The position numbers and the translations under genes were made by a program. A stretch of 64,000 nt of DNA from an uncultured Candidatus Saccharibacteria bacterium (GTDB lineage Bacteria; Patescibacteriota; Doudnabacteria; UBA920). The DNA is taken from positions 1,215 through 65,214 of the forward strand of contig CAZYMS010000001.1 in the NCBI GenBank assembly GCA_964648985.1. Reading direction: 5' to 3'. The notes beneath the pieces were generated by a model. It saw only the letters and a list, made by a program, of their open reading frames with translations. It made no database searches and was not told the origin of the DNA. Below are positions 39,734-49,500 of this stretch, piece by piece. The stretch's first letter is position 1. Each line of letters starts with the position of its first letter.

Positions 39734-42559
39734 TTATTGCTTTTCCATACCACCCCAAGTATCTCCAACTTTTGCTTCACAGACCACTGGCACCGATAGC
39801 TTTATAGCCTCTTCCATGAGGGGTTTTATGAGTTTTATATATTCTTCTACTTTATTTTCTTTTACTTCAAATACTAGTTCATCATGCACCTGAAGGAGCA
39901 TGCGGCAATCAGATGTGGGGTGTGAACCTTGAGACGAGAGTGCTTTGTTGATATTAATCATGGCCACTTTAATAACATCGGCAGCCAATGACTGAATGGG
40001 AAAGTTAATTGCGGCACGTTCAGCAGCCTGACGGATAAAGAATTGACTGGATTTAATTTCAGGAAACTTTCGCATCCGACCAAGTTCGTTTGTTACAAAT
40101 CCATTGTCTCGGACCTCGGTTTTGATTTTCTCTAAATACTCCTTTACTTGCGGATATGTTTGGAAGTATTTATCTATGTACTCTTTTGCATCCCCATGCG
40201 CTATCTCGCTTATACGATAAGAAAGACCAAATGCAGATAATCCGTACAATATACCAAAATTCACTGTTTTGGCATGACGGCGCATATCTTTTGTAACAGC
40301 ATCTGCGGGTACATTAAATATACCCATAGCAGTTGTTGTGTGAATATCTTTTCCAGAGTTAAATACTTCTAACATATTCACATCCTGCGCTAAGTGCGCA
40401 ACTACCCGAAGCTCAATTTGCGAATAATCTAGACTTAACAGCTTATATCCTTTCTGCGCGACAAAAGCTTTACGAATTTCTGCGCCCACACCCTCACCCT
40501 TAATGGGTATGTTCTGTAAATTTGGATCTATGGAGCTCAGCCTGCCAGTCGCAGCTATTGTCTGATTATAGCTCGTATGAATGCGTTTGGTTTTTGCGTT
40601 CACCATCTCTGGTAGAGAAAGCAAATAGGTGTTTTGCAACTTGGTCAACTCTCTGTACTGCATTATTTTTTCTACAATTGGGTGCTGTCCGAGCAATTTT
40701 TCAAGTTCGCCCGCGGCAGTAGAAAGGCCGGTTTTGGTTTTTTTAGCAAACTCAGACTTTAGCCCAAGCTTAGTAAACAAAATCTCTCTGAGCTGTGTTG
40801 GCGAGTTTATATTAAACTCTTCTCCTGCCAATGTATGTATGTCTTTAGTAAGGCTGTAAATGGTTTTTTCTGCTTCGTCGGATAATTTCTTCAAAAATGG
40901 CACATCGAGCAAAATACCCTCTCGTTCCATATGTTCCAGTACTGATACCAAAGGCATTTCAATATCGTTAAAAATAGACTGCAACCCATCAGTTTTAAGC
41001 CTTGGGCTAAATAGTTCATAAAGGCGATACGTAATATCTACATCCTCTGCTGCGTACCAAGACACCTTTTCTACTGGAACCTGGTCCATGGTTATGGCGG
41101 CTTTTCCTTTGCCTATCAGCTCTTCAATGGGCTGCATCTGGTATCCCAATTCATTAAACGCAAGGGCATCTAAACCGTGCTGGCGAATGCCAGCGTTCAG
41201 TAAGTAGGAAGCTATCATGGTATCAAAATATATTCCACCAAGCACTACGCCGGCATTGGTCAACATGTGCTGGTCAAATTTGATGTTGTGGCCAATTTTA
41301 TACATGTCACTTTCCAGTATGCGAATAAAAGCTTTACGCGCAAGTGCAATACCCACAGGAATATAATAAGCCTCCCCAGGAGCGTAACAAATAGACACGC
41401 CCACGAGTTCCGCATCGATAATATTCAGCGAAGTACTCTCTGTATCTAGTGCAAATACTTTTTGCTTTTCTAGCTTTGCAACAAGTCTGTCCAATTTTTC
41501 CTCAGTATCTATAAGCTGATAGTCTTGCTTGCCGATAGATGGTTTTGTTATTCCGGCCTCCGAGCCGGAATCCAGGTTGTCTGATTCAGGATGGGTTCCG
41601 GATAGCCCTCGAGGACTCGTGGCTTCCGGAATGACAGAAGAAGAGGGGGTATACCCCTTCGGCAATTTATCCACTAAGCTCTTAAATTCAAATTTCTTAA
41701 AGACTTCTACTGCTTCACCAAGTTGCTGCCGACCAAAGTTATAGGGCGGGATTTCTATGTCGAGCGGAACATTGGTAACTATCGTGGCAAGCATATACGA
41801 CTGTCTAGCCGATTCTTCCTGTTCTGTTAATAGCTGGAGTGTTCGAGGCTTAATATTTTCCAACCCCTTACCTGCATGTATCGCTTTGTACAGCGCATCT
41901 ATGCTTCCAAATTCTTTTATTAAATCCGTTGCGCCTTTTTCGCCAATTCCTTTTACTCCCTTAATGTTGTCGGAAGGGTCGCCGCGGAGCGCTTTGTAGT
42001 CAATCATCTGCTTTGGCGCAAAACCATATCGCTCCATAACAGCCGCTTCATCGTAAATAGCAGTGTCGGTAATACCTTTGCGGAGTGTATAAATTTTTAC
42101 ACACTTATTCACGAGTTGTATAGCATCCATATCACCCGTAACAACCATTACCTCGCATGCATCTTTATTTTGTTTGCACAACTCAACGGACAAGGTTCCA
42201 AGTAAGTCATCTGCCTCAAACCCAGCCTTTTCAAAAATAGGAATATTAAGCGCGGTCACCACCTGTTTTACAAGAGCGAATTGTGGTATTAGATCATCCG
42301 CAGTCTTAGCCCTTGTACCTTTATAGTCAGCATATTGCTCATGTCGAAATGTTGGACCTGCTAAATCGAACGTGCATATAATATGTGTTGGCTTTAAGTC
42401 CTTAATAGCCCGGAGCAGTATCATGGTAAACCCGTACACCGCACCAATAGGTTCGCCTGTTTTGGTGATGGTTAATCCTGGAACAGCGTGAAAACCCCTA
42501 TGAACTAAGGCATTTCCATCTATCAGCATATATCTATTCTTCACTTCTTTTGTAGGCAT
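39734..42559 (-). CDS. polA: DNA polymerase I
   Basis: 5'-3' exonuclease N-terminus, 3'-5' exo block, polymerase motifs DYSQIELR and QVHDEL. 941 aa. Confidence 0.92.
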   Translation of the reverse strand: MPTKEVKNRYMLIDGNALVHRGFHAVPGLTITKTGEPIGAVYGFTMILLRAIKDLKPTHIICTFDLAGPTFRHEQYADYKGTRAKTADDLIPQFALVKQVVTALNIPIFEKAGFEADDLLGTLSVELCKQNKDACEVMVVTGDMDAIQLVNKCVKIYTLRKGITDTAIYDEAAVMERYGFAPKQMIDYKALRGDPSDNIKGVKGIGEKGATDLIKEFGSIDALYKAIHAGKGLENIKPRTLQLLTEQEESARQSYMLATIVTNVPLDIEIPPYNFGRQQLGEAVEVFKKFEFKSLVDKLPKGYTPSSSVIPEATSPRGLSGTHPESDNLDSGSEAGITKPSIGKQDYQLIDTEEKLDRLVAKLEKQKVFALDTESTSLNIIDAELVGVSICYAPGEAYYIPVGIALARKAFIRILESDMYKIGHNIKFDQHMLTNAGVVLGGIYFDTMIASYLLNAGIRQHGLDALAFNELGYQMQPIEELIGKGKAAITMDQVPVEKVSWYAAEDVDITYRLYELFSPRLKTDGLQSIFNDIEMPLVSVLEHMEREGILLDVPFLKKLSDEAEKTIYSLTKDIHTLAGEEFNINSPTQLREILFTKLGLKSEFAKKTKTGLSTAAGELEKLLGQHPIVEKIMQYRELTKLQNTYLLSLPEMVNAKTKRIHTSYNQTIAATGRLSSIDPNLQNIPIKGEGVGAEIRKAFVAQKGYKLLSLDYSQIELRVVAHLAQDVNMLEVFNSGKDIHTTTAMGIFNVPADAVTKDMRRHAKTVNFGILYGLSAFGLSYRISEIAHGDAKEYIDKYFQTYPQVKEYLEKIKTEVRDNGFVTNELGRMRKFPEIKSSQFFIRQAAERAAINFPIQSLAADVIKVAMININKALSSQGSHPTSDCRMLLQVHDELVFEVKENKVEEYIKLIKPLMEEAIKLSVPVVCEAKVGDTWGGMEKQ
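41547..41635. repeat. Palindrome-rich ~90-bp element in frame inside polA (termini GTTATTCCGG...CCGGAATGAC), related to the intergenic element at 4573-4671
   Basis: Hairpins TTCCGGC-CTCCGA-GCCGGAA and TTCCGGA...TCCGGAA with a central CCTCGAGG. Encodes the Ser/Gly/Pro-rich linker between the 5'-nuclease and 3'-5' exo domains. Confidence 0.5.
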
Positions 42560-42578
42560 AGCTGTATTATACGCTATA

Positions 42579-42607
42579 CAAAAACTCAGGGAAATCCTGA
42601 GTTTTTG
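42579..42607. terminator. Bidirectional terminator (A5, CTCAGG-GAAAT-CCTGAG, T5) between pilB and polA
   Basis: Perfect 6-7 bp stem with flanking A/T runs. Confidence 0.65.
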
Positions 42608-42634
42608 ATCTAGATACTAGACATTCCCTACGGG

Positions 42635-44284
42635 CTAGTCTCCGGCCACCCTAAACACCTCTTCTACGTCAGTCATGCCCTGCAGTGCTTTTACTAGCCC
42701 ATCTTGCGCCATAGTAAGGGTGCCATCGCTAATGGCCTGTTTCTTTAAATCCAGCATTGAAGCACTCTTGAGAATTAGGTCCTTCATAGCATCATTTACA
42801 TGAATAACCTCATAAATACCAACACGACCCTTATACCCAAGCCCGTGGCACTGATCACAGCCGGCGGAATGATAAAACTCCAAAGGGTCTGGCAAGATAG
42901 TTGCAGCTGCTGGTGGAATAGCTTGTAGTATTGATTGTACATGTTGCAGCAATGCAGGCTCAAGAGTACTAGTGGTTTTGCAGTGCTCGCACAATCGCCT
43001 TACCAAACGTTGTGCAATAACCGCATTGATAGCTGGAGCAATAATGAACGGCTGAGCACCCATAGTCATAAGTCTTGGCACCGCACCAAACGAATCGTTG
43101 GTATGCAAGGTAGATAACACAATATGGCCAGTCAAGGCCGCCTGAAGAGCAGTATCAGCAGTTTCTCCATCTCGAATTTCACCCACCATAACTATATCTG
43201 GATCTTGACGCAAAATAGCGCGAAGCGCCTTAGCAAAACTAAAATCCACATTGTGGTCTATAGGCGTCTGTTGTATACCTTCAAGCTTATATTCAACCGG
43301 ATCTTCAATAGTTATTATTTTCACTCCGGGGTCATTAAGCTCGTTTAAAAAAGCATATAAGGTAGTTGTTTTACCGCTTCCCGTAGGACCGGTGGTTATT
43401 ATCATTCCATTCGGTTTCTGAAGCTCTGTTTCAATAATTTGCTTAGACCTACCCACAAGCCCCAGATCATCTACTTTCAGACGCACCGCGCCTACACCGA
43501 GCAAGCGAAGTACAAGGCCTTCTCCATACGCCGAAGGAAGGCTCGAAACACGGACATCAATGGGAGCAGTGTCCCACAAAAATGTCATGCGGCCATCTTG
43601 AGGTAAATTTGCGACATTTAATTTAAGTTTGGAAAGTATTTTGATACGTGATACCAAAGCTGACTGCAAAGACTTATCTATATGCAGCATATCCTGCAGA
43701 ACCCCGTCCACACGCAATCTAACTTTAATAAGATGGTCCTCCGGCTCAATATGTATATCTGAGGCTTGAAGCTGCATGGCGAGCCCAAACAAACTACCCA
43801 CTAATTCAGTAATATTTGTTCCTTTTTGTAGATTTGCATCTTTTAACCGAGTCGTAATCTCAACATAATTCTGAGATGACAATAGCCTCACCTCTTCTAT
43901 AACATGTGCATGAGGAGTGACGACATTTTTATAGAACGTTAGGGCATAGGTAAGTCCAGACTTAGACACGACATACGTTTTTATGGTAAAGCGACTTGAA
44001 AGTTCGGCAATTTTTGCTTGCAACAGTTGGTTGCGTGGATCGACGGCAGCAATGCGCAGTTCATTATGATCGCGGGAAAATGGAACAGCTTCTGCTTCTA
44101 CAGCCTCGGGCTCAGAAAACAAGCTAAGCGTGTTTAAGTCTGCTGGAAATGCGTGCAAATTTACGTATGGAAGTCCAAATAACCGTGCCTTTTCTTCTGT
44201 ATTCGCCTCTTCCATTTGCCTATTCATCCGACTGAGTGAATCTGATAGTGTTGTTTTGTTTGATTGTAAGAAGTTTTTAGACAT
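42635..44284 (-). CDS. pilB: Type IV pilus assembly / type II secretion ATPase (PilB/GspE family)
   Basis: Walker A ITTGPTGSGKTTTLYA, Asp/His boxes, C-terminal tetra-Cys zinc motif CEHC...CDQC. Confidence 0.85.
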   Translation of the reverse strand: MSKNFLQSNKTTLSDSLSRMNRQMEEANTEEKARLFGLPYVNLHAFPADLNTLSLFSEPEAVEAEAVPFSRDHNELRIAAVDPRNQLLQAKIAELSSRFTIKTYVVSKSGLTYALTFYKNVVTPHAHVIEEVRLLSSQNYVEITTRLKDANLQKGTNITELVGSLFGLAMQLQASDIHIEPEDHLIKVRLRVDGVLQDMLHIDKSLQSALVSRIKILSKLKLNVANLPQDGRMTFLWDTAPIDVRVSSLPSAYGEGLVLRLLGVGAVRLKVDDLGLVGRSKQIIETELQKPNGMIITTGPTGSGKTTTLYAFLNELNDPGVKIITIEDPVEYKLEGIQQTPIDHNVDFSFAKALRAILRQDPDIVMVGEIRDGETADTALQAALTGHIVLSTLHTNDSFGAVPRLMTMGAQPFIIAPAINAVIAQRLVRRLCEHCKTTSTLEPALLQHVQSILQAIPPAAATILPDPLEFYHSAGCDQCHGLGYKGRVGIYEVIHVNDAMKDLILKSASMLDLKKQAISDGTLTMAQDGLVKALQGMTDVEEVFRVAGD

Positions 44285-44361
44285 TTTTGTTTATTTCAAA
44301 TGGTGTCTTGTTTGAAGGTATTTATTGATCTAAATTATCCTTTGCAGATTTGATGACGAGA

Positions 44362-44400
44362 ATAAAAAACACCCTTTGGTTTATTATACACGAAAGGGTA
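44362..44400 (-). terminator. Terminator hairpin after the DHH-family gene
   Basis: ACCCTTT...AAAGGGT stem with a U-run on the minus strand. Confidence 0.45.
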
Positions 44401-44422
44401 CGGGAAGATGTACTACCCATAA

Positions 44423-45595
44423 TTAGACCTGCGTAGGTATAGCCTGATTCAGCGCATCTACTAACTGCTGCTCAATTTTTTCAACAGTAATTGGTGTTTC
44501 TATAATGACAACTTCAAGCCCTGTATCAAGTTTCACATGCTCTACCCCGCTACCACCTAGCACTGCGACCAAGTCATCGACATTAAGCTGAGCATTTTGT
44601 ACCAGAGCAACCTTACTTCCCATAGCGAATGGAACAGCCAGTGCTATAGTAATCATATTATTAACATTTTCATAAAGTTCGGCGAGGACATCTTTAGCTG
44701 TCTCGGGTTTCTCATTAGTTTTTTCAAAGTCCGCTGTAAGCAAAACTGAATATGCGGCAGACCTCCCCTCGAGAACCTTCAAACGAGCTAAACTCCTACC
44801 CCACAACTTAAGAAAACCAAGTCTTTCTGTTTTAAATAGATGTTTAACTACAAGCGGATACTCAGCCCCTGCTGCAATTAAATCTGCAACTACCGCGAAA
44901 GTATCTGGTGTTGTACGAGTACTGCGAAGGCTATCCGTATTTGCAAGAATACCGGCTAAAAGTGCTGTCGCCGCTAACGGCAGGAAAGATTGCTCGTTTT
45001 TTATGGACGATAGCATATGATAAGTCAGCTCGGATACAGAACTAGAAGTCACACTTACTAGGTTCAAAGTGCCGTGGTTTTCATTATGAGGATTTACATC
45101 CATGTTAATCCTGGGCAATGCATAGAATAAATCGGCATGCTCTGAAAAAGTCCTTCCTAACTGTTCAGGACTTTCTACTCCACACAATATAAGAATTTCA
45201 AAGGGTAATTCACTAGGTGCAACGCTCACATCGCTCGGCAGAAACTGGCCTTCTTTAGAACGAAGGTAGATGTTCACTTTACCTGGTAGCGTATCGTAAC
45301 TAAGTTCAGCCAACTGGGCTTTGGTCGTATCTAGGGATATAACAATTTGAGAATATGCAACCTCCAGAGCGTGAACTTGAGTGCTCAGCTCCAAGAACGA
45401 AAGCTTGTGTGGAACTACGCCATCACTAATAACTTCAACTGTTTTACCCAGCGAACGCAGAGCGGCTTGCATGCCTAGCGCAGCCGCCGCTGCGTCAATA
45501 GTGGGAACAGCAGGCAATATAATGCCAATTTTGGTGTATTTCTCTAAAAATGATGTAATAGTTTGTAATGTAGTTTCATCCATATACTTCAACAT
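44423..45595 (-). CDS. DHH/DHHA1-family protein (NrnA-like) with non-canonical catalytic motifs
   Basis: Overall NrnA-like architecture. The DHH-motif position reads LPAVPTIDAAAAALG and the DHHA1 GGGH position reads GGSGVEH. Confidence 0.45.
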   Translation of the reverse strand: MLKYMDETTLQTITSFLEKYTKIGIILPAVPTIDAAAAALGMQAALRSLGKTVEVISDGVVPHKLSFLELSTQVHALEVAYSQIVISLDTTKAQLAELSYDTLPGKVNIYLRSKEGQFLPSDVSVAPSELPFEILILCGVESPEQLGRTFSEHADLFYALPRINMDVNPHNENHGTLNLVSVTSSSVSELTYHMLSSIKNEQSFLPLAATALLAGILANTDSLRSTRTTPDTFAVVADLIAAGAEYPLVVKHLFKTERLGFLKLWGRSLARLKVLEGRSAAYSVLLTADFEKTNEKPETAKDVLAELYENVNNMITIALAVPFAMGSKVALVQNAQLNVDDLVAVLGGSGVEHVKLDTGLEVVIIETPITVEKIEQQLVDALNQAIPTQV

Positions 45596-45765
45596 AGCCT
45601 AACTCAGAAACCGTCTTGCTTAGGGGTAAAAAGCTATACTCTTTCGAGTCCATGAAAGCTCTACACTATACCTCATTTTACTTATGAGGTCAATAAAGTG
45701 TACTATAATATAGAGTAAGTTATAAATCTTTAGCCATTCCAAGCTCCAAGGTTAGGTATGGTATG

Positions 45766-45800
45766 GCTATATAATATAAACTATATCGCTATTATATAGC
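45766..45800. promoter_or_regulatory. 11-bp perfect inverted repeat GCTATATAATA-N13-TATTATATAGC ending 2 nt before the tsaE start codon
   Basis: Read directly. An operator-like palindrome overlapping the presumed -10 and RBS region. Confidence 0.35.
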
Positions 45801-45802
45801 TC

Positions 45803-46201
45803 ATGCACAAGACTTTTAGCACAACCGTTAAGAATACGGAAGCCCTAGCAAAAACAATTGCAAAGACCGTTACCGGTGGTGAGGTATTTGCCCTTATTGG
45901 ACCACTCGGCGCCGGCAAGACAACATTTACTAAACATTTAGCAAAGGCTCTGGGATATGCAGGTAGGGTGAGCAGCCCAACATTTGTACTCTTACAAACA
46001 TATCCGTGTAAAAACCCAAAAAATAATGGGACTCTATTTATCCACCACCTAGATTTGTATCGAATAGAAGATGCTTCAGAGGCTATTCAAAGCGGAATCA
46101 CGGAGCAATGGGGGGCAGCCAACAGCGTTACAATAGTTGAATGGGCAGACAAAGCTCCAAGTCTTATACCGAAAAACGCAATTACCATACATTTTAAATA
46201 A
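45803..46201 (+). CDS. tsaE: tRNA threonylcarbamoyladenosine biosynthesis ATPase TsaE
   Basis: P-loop GPLGAGKTTFTK and SPTFVLLQTY block typical of YjeE/TsaE. Confidence 0.8.
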   Translation: MHKTFSTTVKNTEALAKTIAKTVTGGEVFALIGPLGAGKTTFTKHLAKALGYAGRVSSPTFVLLQTYPCKNPKNNGTLFIHHLDLYRIEDASEAIQSGITEQWGAANSVTIVEWADKAPSLIPKNAITIHFK

Positions 46202-46203
46202 TC

Positions 46204-47451
46204 ATGACCTTTTCTTTTTCTTCCAAAGTTACATATACAATTCTCGCCTTAGCAGCAGGGACCGCGTTTATATATAGCGGCAATATTTCTTACGCGCGTG
46301 CAGTGCCGGTCAAAGAAATAATAAAAATTGCCAACGATTCAACTGAATCCCAAATCGCATTGGACGAAAAAACAATTGACGAGCTTACTATACCATCTCC
46401 CCTATCTATGGTGAGTATTGCAAAAACACCACTATTCCTAGAGAGGCAATCGCTTAAGCCGCAGGCGCGAGATACAATACAAACAAAAATTGAGCCACAT
46501 AATATTTATAATTGGACAGTTATTCACGCAAAAGACACAGCCACTGAAGCTGAAGATGCAAAGATGGTTATTGAAAATAATCGCGTAGTAGCTTTTTCTC
46601 CTGGAAAAGATGGGCTAACACCAGACATGCGCAAAACAAGCATAGCGCTTTTGAACACTTTGGCAGCTAAAAATCCTGCGGTTAGCGTTATCGGAATTAG
46701 GCACAAACCTCAAAACGCACTCGCAGATACCAACACGCTGGGAATTAATCAGTTGCTCAGTGGCGGTATTTCAGATTTCTCCAACAGCTCGAAGAATAGA
46801 CTTGCAAATATAGAAGCTGGAATACAACAAGTAAAAGGCGTAATTGTGAAGCCCGGCGAAACATTCAGCTTTGGAGAGTATTTAGGTGATGTAACTGCAG
46901 CCAAAGGTTTTAAACCAGAAATTGTTATTAAAGCAGAAGGACTTGTACCCGAACTTGGAGGGGGTATTTGTCAAGTTTCCTCAACCCTATTTCGAGCAGT
47001 CATGCAGTCGGGCATGCGGATTACACAGCGTCGTAACCACGCGTTCTCAGTGAGCCACTACTTTCCTCCAGGAACCGATGCCACAATTTACACCCCAGCT
47101 ACAGATTTAAAATTTATAAACGACACCCCTGCCCATGTGCTCATTTGGCCATATTATATAGATAAAACCCACTTAGCCTTTGACTTATATGGGACAAGAG
47201 ATAATAGAAGCGTGGTAGTGGACGAACCAATCCAGTGGGATAGAAAGTCTGACGGCTCCATGAAAGCCTCGTGGACACGGCACGTAACAAACAACGGCGT
47301 GACCCGTGATGATGTACTTAAATCTACCTACTTACCACCGGCGTTATTTAAAAAAGAAGAGAAGTTTGTTATTGCTGCGCCAGCCACCCCGCAACCCGAG
47401 GACACTATAACACCCCCTGTGAATACGCCCCCGCCTAGCTCAGCTAACTAA
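46204..47451 (+). CDS. VanW-domain protein with N-terminal TM segment
   Basis: GGGICQVSSTLFRAVMQSG...RRNHAFSVSHYFPPGTDATIY VanW signature. Confidence 0.75.
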   Translation: MTFSFSSKVTYTILALAAGTAFIYSGNISYARAVPVKEIIKIANDSTESQIALDEKTIDELTIPSPLSMVSIAKTPLFLERQSLKPQARDTIQTKIEPHNIYNWTVIHAKDTATEAEDAKMVIENNRVVAFSPGKDGLTPDMRKTSIALLNTLAAKNPAVSVIGIRHKPQNALADTNTLGINQLLSGGISDFSNSSKNRLANIEAGIQQVKGVIVKPGETFSFGEYLGDVTAAKGFKPEIVIKAEGLVPELGGGICQVSSTLFRAVMQSGMRITQRRNHAFSVSHYFPPGTDATIYTPATDLKFINDTPAHVLIWPYYIDKTHLAFDLYGTRDNRSVVVDEPIQWDRKSDGSMKASWTRHVTNNGVTRDDVLKSTYLPPALFKKEEKFVIAAPATPQPEDTITPPVNTPPPSSAN

Positions 47452-47463
47452 ACACGTTTAAAA

Positions 47464-47490
47464 GAAATCCCCGCTGCCAGACGGGGATTT
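47464..47490 (+). terminator. Terminator-like hairpin (AAATCCCCG-CTGCCAGA-CGGGGATTT, U4)
   Basis: 9-bp stem after vanW. Confidence 0.45.
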
Positions 47491-47535
47491 TAAATGCTTT
47501 GCAGCTATTGGATAATCATTTACAATACTATTATT

Positions 47536-48564
47536 ATGATAGAATCATCGAACGAAAATTCTGAAAAAGTTATTGCAGGCACTGTAGAGCCAGATGAAAC
47601 CGCACTTGAACAAACCCTACGACCACATGTACTTACCGAATACATTGGACAAACTCAAATTAAAAACAATCTTGGAGTGGCAATTGCTGCAGCAAAACAA
47701 CGAAATGAACCGGTAGAGCATGTCTTGTTGTACGGTCCGCCTGGCCTGGGAAAAACTACGCTAGCAAGCATTATCGCAAAAGAGACAGGAAGAGAACTAC
47801 GCATAACTTCCGGTGCCAGCCTGCAACGAGCTGGAGACCTTGCAGCAATCCTCACAAACTTGGAACAAGGCGACATTCTATTTATTGACGAGATTCATCG
47901 TCTTCACATTACTGCGGAAGAAATTCTCTACCCTGCCATTGAAGATCGCGTGTTAGACATAGTTGTCGGTAAAGGACCGGGGGCGCGGAGTATTCGCATG
48001 CAGCTACCAGCATTTACCCTGGTTGGAGCGACCACGCGAGTAGGCCTTATCTCTGGACCGCTCCGCGACCGATTCGGACACGTATACCACCTTGAGTATT
48101 ACACTGACGAAGATTTGCAACATATTATTGAACGGTCCGCACGGATATTGGAAATACGGTTGTTACAAGAGGCTTCTACAGAAATTGCGAAACGAAGTCG
48201 AGGAACACCACGAATAGCAAACCGCCTCCTTAAAAGGGTACGAGATTTTGCACAGCTTAAAGGCCGTGATACCATAACTGGAGACGATACTATGGAAAGC
48301 CTAGAACAGCTGGGCATTGACCCTCTTGGCTTAGATAATGGCGACCGCTTAATTATGGAAGCTCTTATTAACAAGTTTAATGGCGGTCCAGTCGGACTAC
48401 AAACCCTTGCCATAGCAACTGGCGAAGCAGAAGATACTATAACGGACATATACGAGCCTTACCTTATTCGTGAAGGACTTATACTTAGGACCCCTAAAGG
48501 ACGCCAAGCAACAAAACGCGCATACGAACATATGGGGAAAGTACCCCCAAATACTCTTGTGTAA
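47536..48564 (+). CDS. ruvB: Holliday junction branch-migration ATPase RuvB
   Basis: LLYGPPGLGKTTLA Walker A, DEIHRL Walker B, sensor and winged-helix blocks. Start moved to MIESS, downstream of the hairpin. Confidence 0.9.
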   Translation: MIESSNENSEKVIAGTVEPDETALEQTLRPHVLTEYIGQTQIKNNLGVAIAAAKQRNEPVEHVLLYGPPGLGKTTLASIIAKETGRELRITSGASLQRAGDLAAILTNLEQGDILFIDEIHRLHITAEEILYPAIEDRVLDIVVGKGPGARSIRMQLPAFTLVGATTRVGLISGPLRDRFGHVYHLEYYTDEDLQHIIERSARILEIRLLQEASTEIAKRSRGTPRIANRLLKRVRDFAQLKGRDTITGDDTMESLEQLGIDPLGLDNGDRLIMEALINKFNGGPVGLQTLAIATGEAEDTITDIYEPYLIREGLILRTPKGRQATKRAYEHMGKVPPNTLV

Positions 48565-48572
48565 AAAAATAC

Positions 48573-48785
48573 ATGCCATCATTACTACCTGACAACATAT
48601 CGGGAATACTTATTGCAGTGTACCTGCTTTTGGTCGCTTTTTTAGGTATTTTCAGCCTAATTACCATAGGCATTTTTTTTAAAAACGCGGAAAAGCGTTC
48701 CGTGGCCACCAGCATTAGTACTGTATACGCCATTTTATTTTTACTCGTTGTTATTTTTTCAGTACATACACTGGCTAACTTATAA
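48573..48785 (+). CDS. Small two-TM membrane protein (70 aa)
   Basis: ORF with two hydrophobic helices. Weak support. Confidence 0.25.
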   Translation: MPSLLPDNISGILIAVYLLLVAFLGIFSLITIGIFFKNAEKRSVATSISTVYAILFLLVVIFSVHTLANL

Positions 48786-48790
48786 ATCTC

Positions 48791-49369
48791 ATGCACAAAC
48801 TTTTTGAGTCACAACTCGATGACGAAAAAATATATTTAGTTATACGAGAACATCCAATCTTGCTATGGTTTCGGATAGCTCTCATAGTGTTCTTGTTTAT
48901 TATTGGCATTGCCGCTCAAATTTTGGTACCTCGCATTATCCCCGATTTCTTCAGCGAACTTGCGCTGGGTGTAATTTCTTTACTGTTTTACGTATATTAT
49001 TTAGGGCTTCTTTTGGGATCTTTGTTGGTCTTTGTCTTTTACTACCTTTCTCTCCAGATTGTTACTGATCATCGCATGGTAGATGTGGACCAAAGCGGCC
49101 TATTTCGAAGAAAGGTAACGGAAATACAAATTGAAAATGTAGAAGAAGTAACGAGCAGCGCTCACGGACTACTTGCAACCATATTCAATTTTGGTAATGT
49201 ACTTGTTCAAACAAGTAGCGCACAAAATGAATTTCAGTTTGAAAACGTCGCCCGCCCAGAACAGGTAAAAAAGCTTATTTTAGATATATACGAGCAACAT
49301 CGAAAGATGGCGGTAAAAATTACCGAGACCCCATCACCGAACCCCCTACCAATGCCACTTAATCCGTAA
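48791..49369 (+). CDS. Membrane protein with bacterial PH (YdbS/YdbT-like) domain
   Basis: Two N-terminal TM helices followed by a region resembling bPH_2. Confidence 0.4.
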   Translation: MHKLFESQLDDEKIYLVIREHPILLWFRIALIVFLFIIGIAAQILVPRIIPDFFSELALGVISLLFYVYYLGLLLGSLLVFVFYYLSLQIVTDHRMVDVDQSGLFRRKVTEIQIENVEEVTSSAHGLLATIFNFGNVLVQTSSAQNEFQFENVARPEQVKKLILDIYEQHRKMAVKITETPSPNPLPMPLNP

Positions 49370-49500
49370 GTGGTATACTATCAAAGACTAGAAGCATACA
49401 AAGACTCCCAGAAATATATAAGCTATTGCGCTGCCCCATAATGACATATGGGCCAATACTCTTATAGTTTTCAGAGTCTTTATTAATCTCTGTAATAATT

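Noticed and set aside
47494-47535. ORF-track start for ruvB at 47494
   Set aside because: The ATG directly abuts the vanW terminator hairpin and adds a hydrophobic non-RuvB extension. Start moved to MIESS at 47536.
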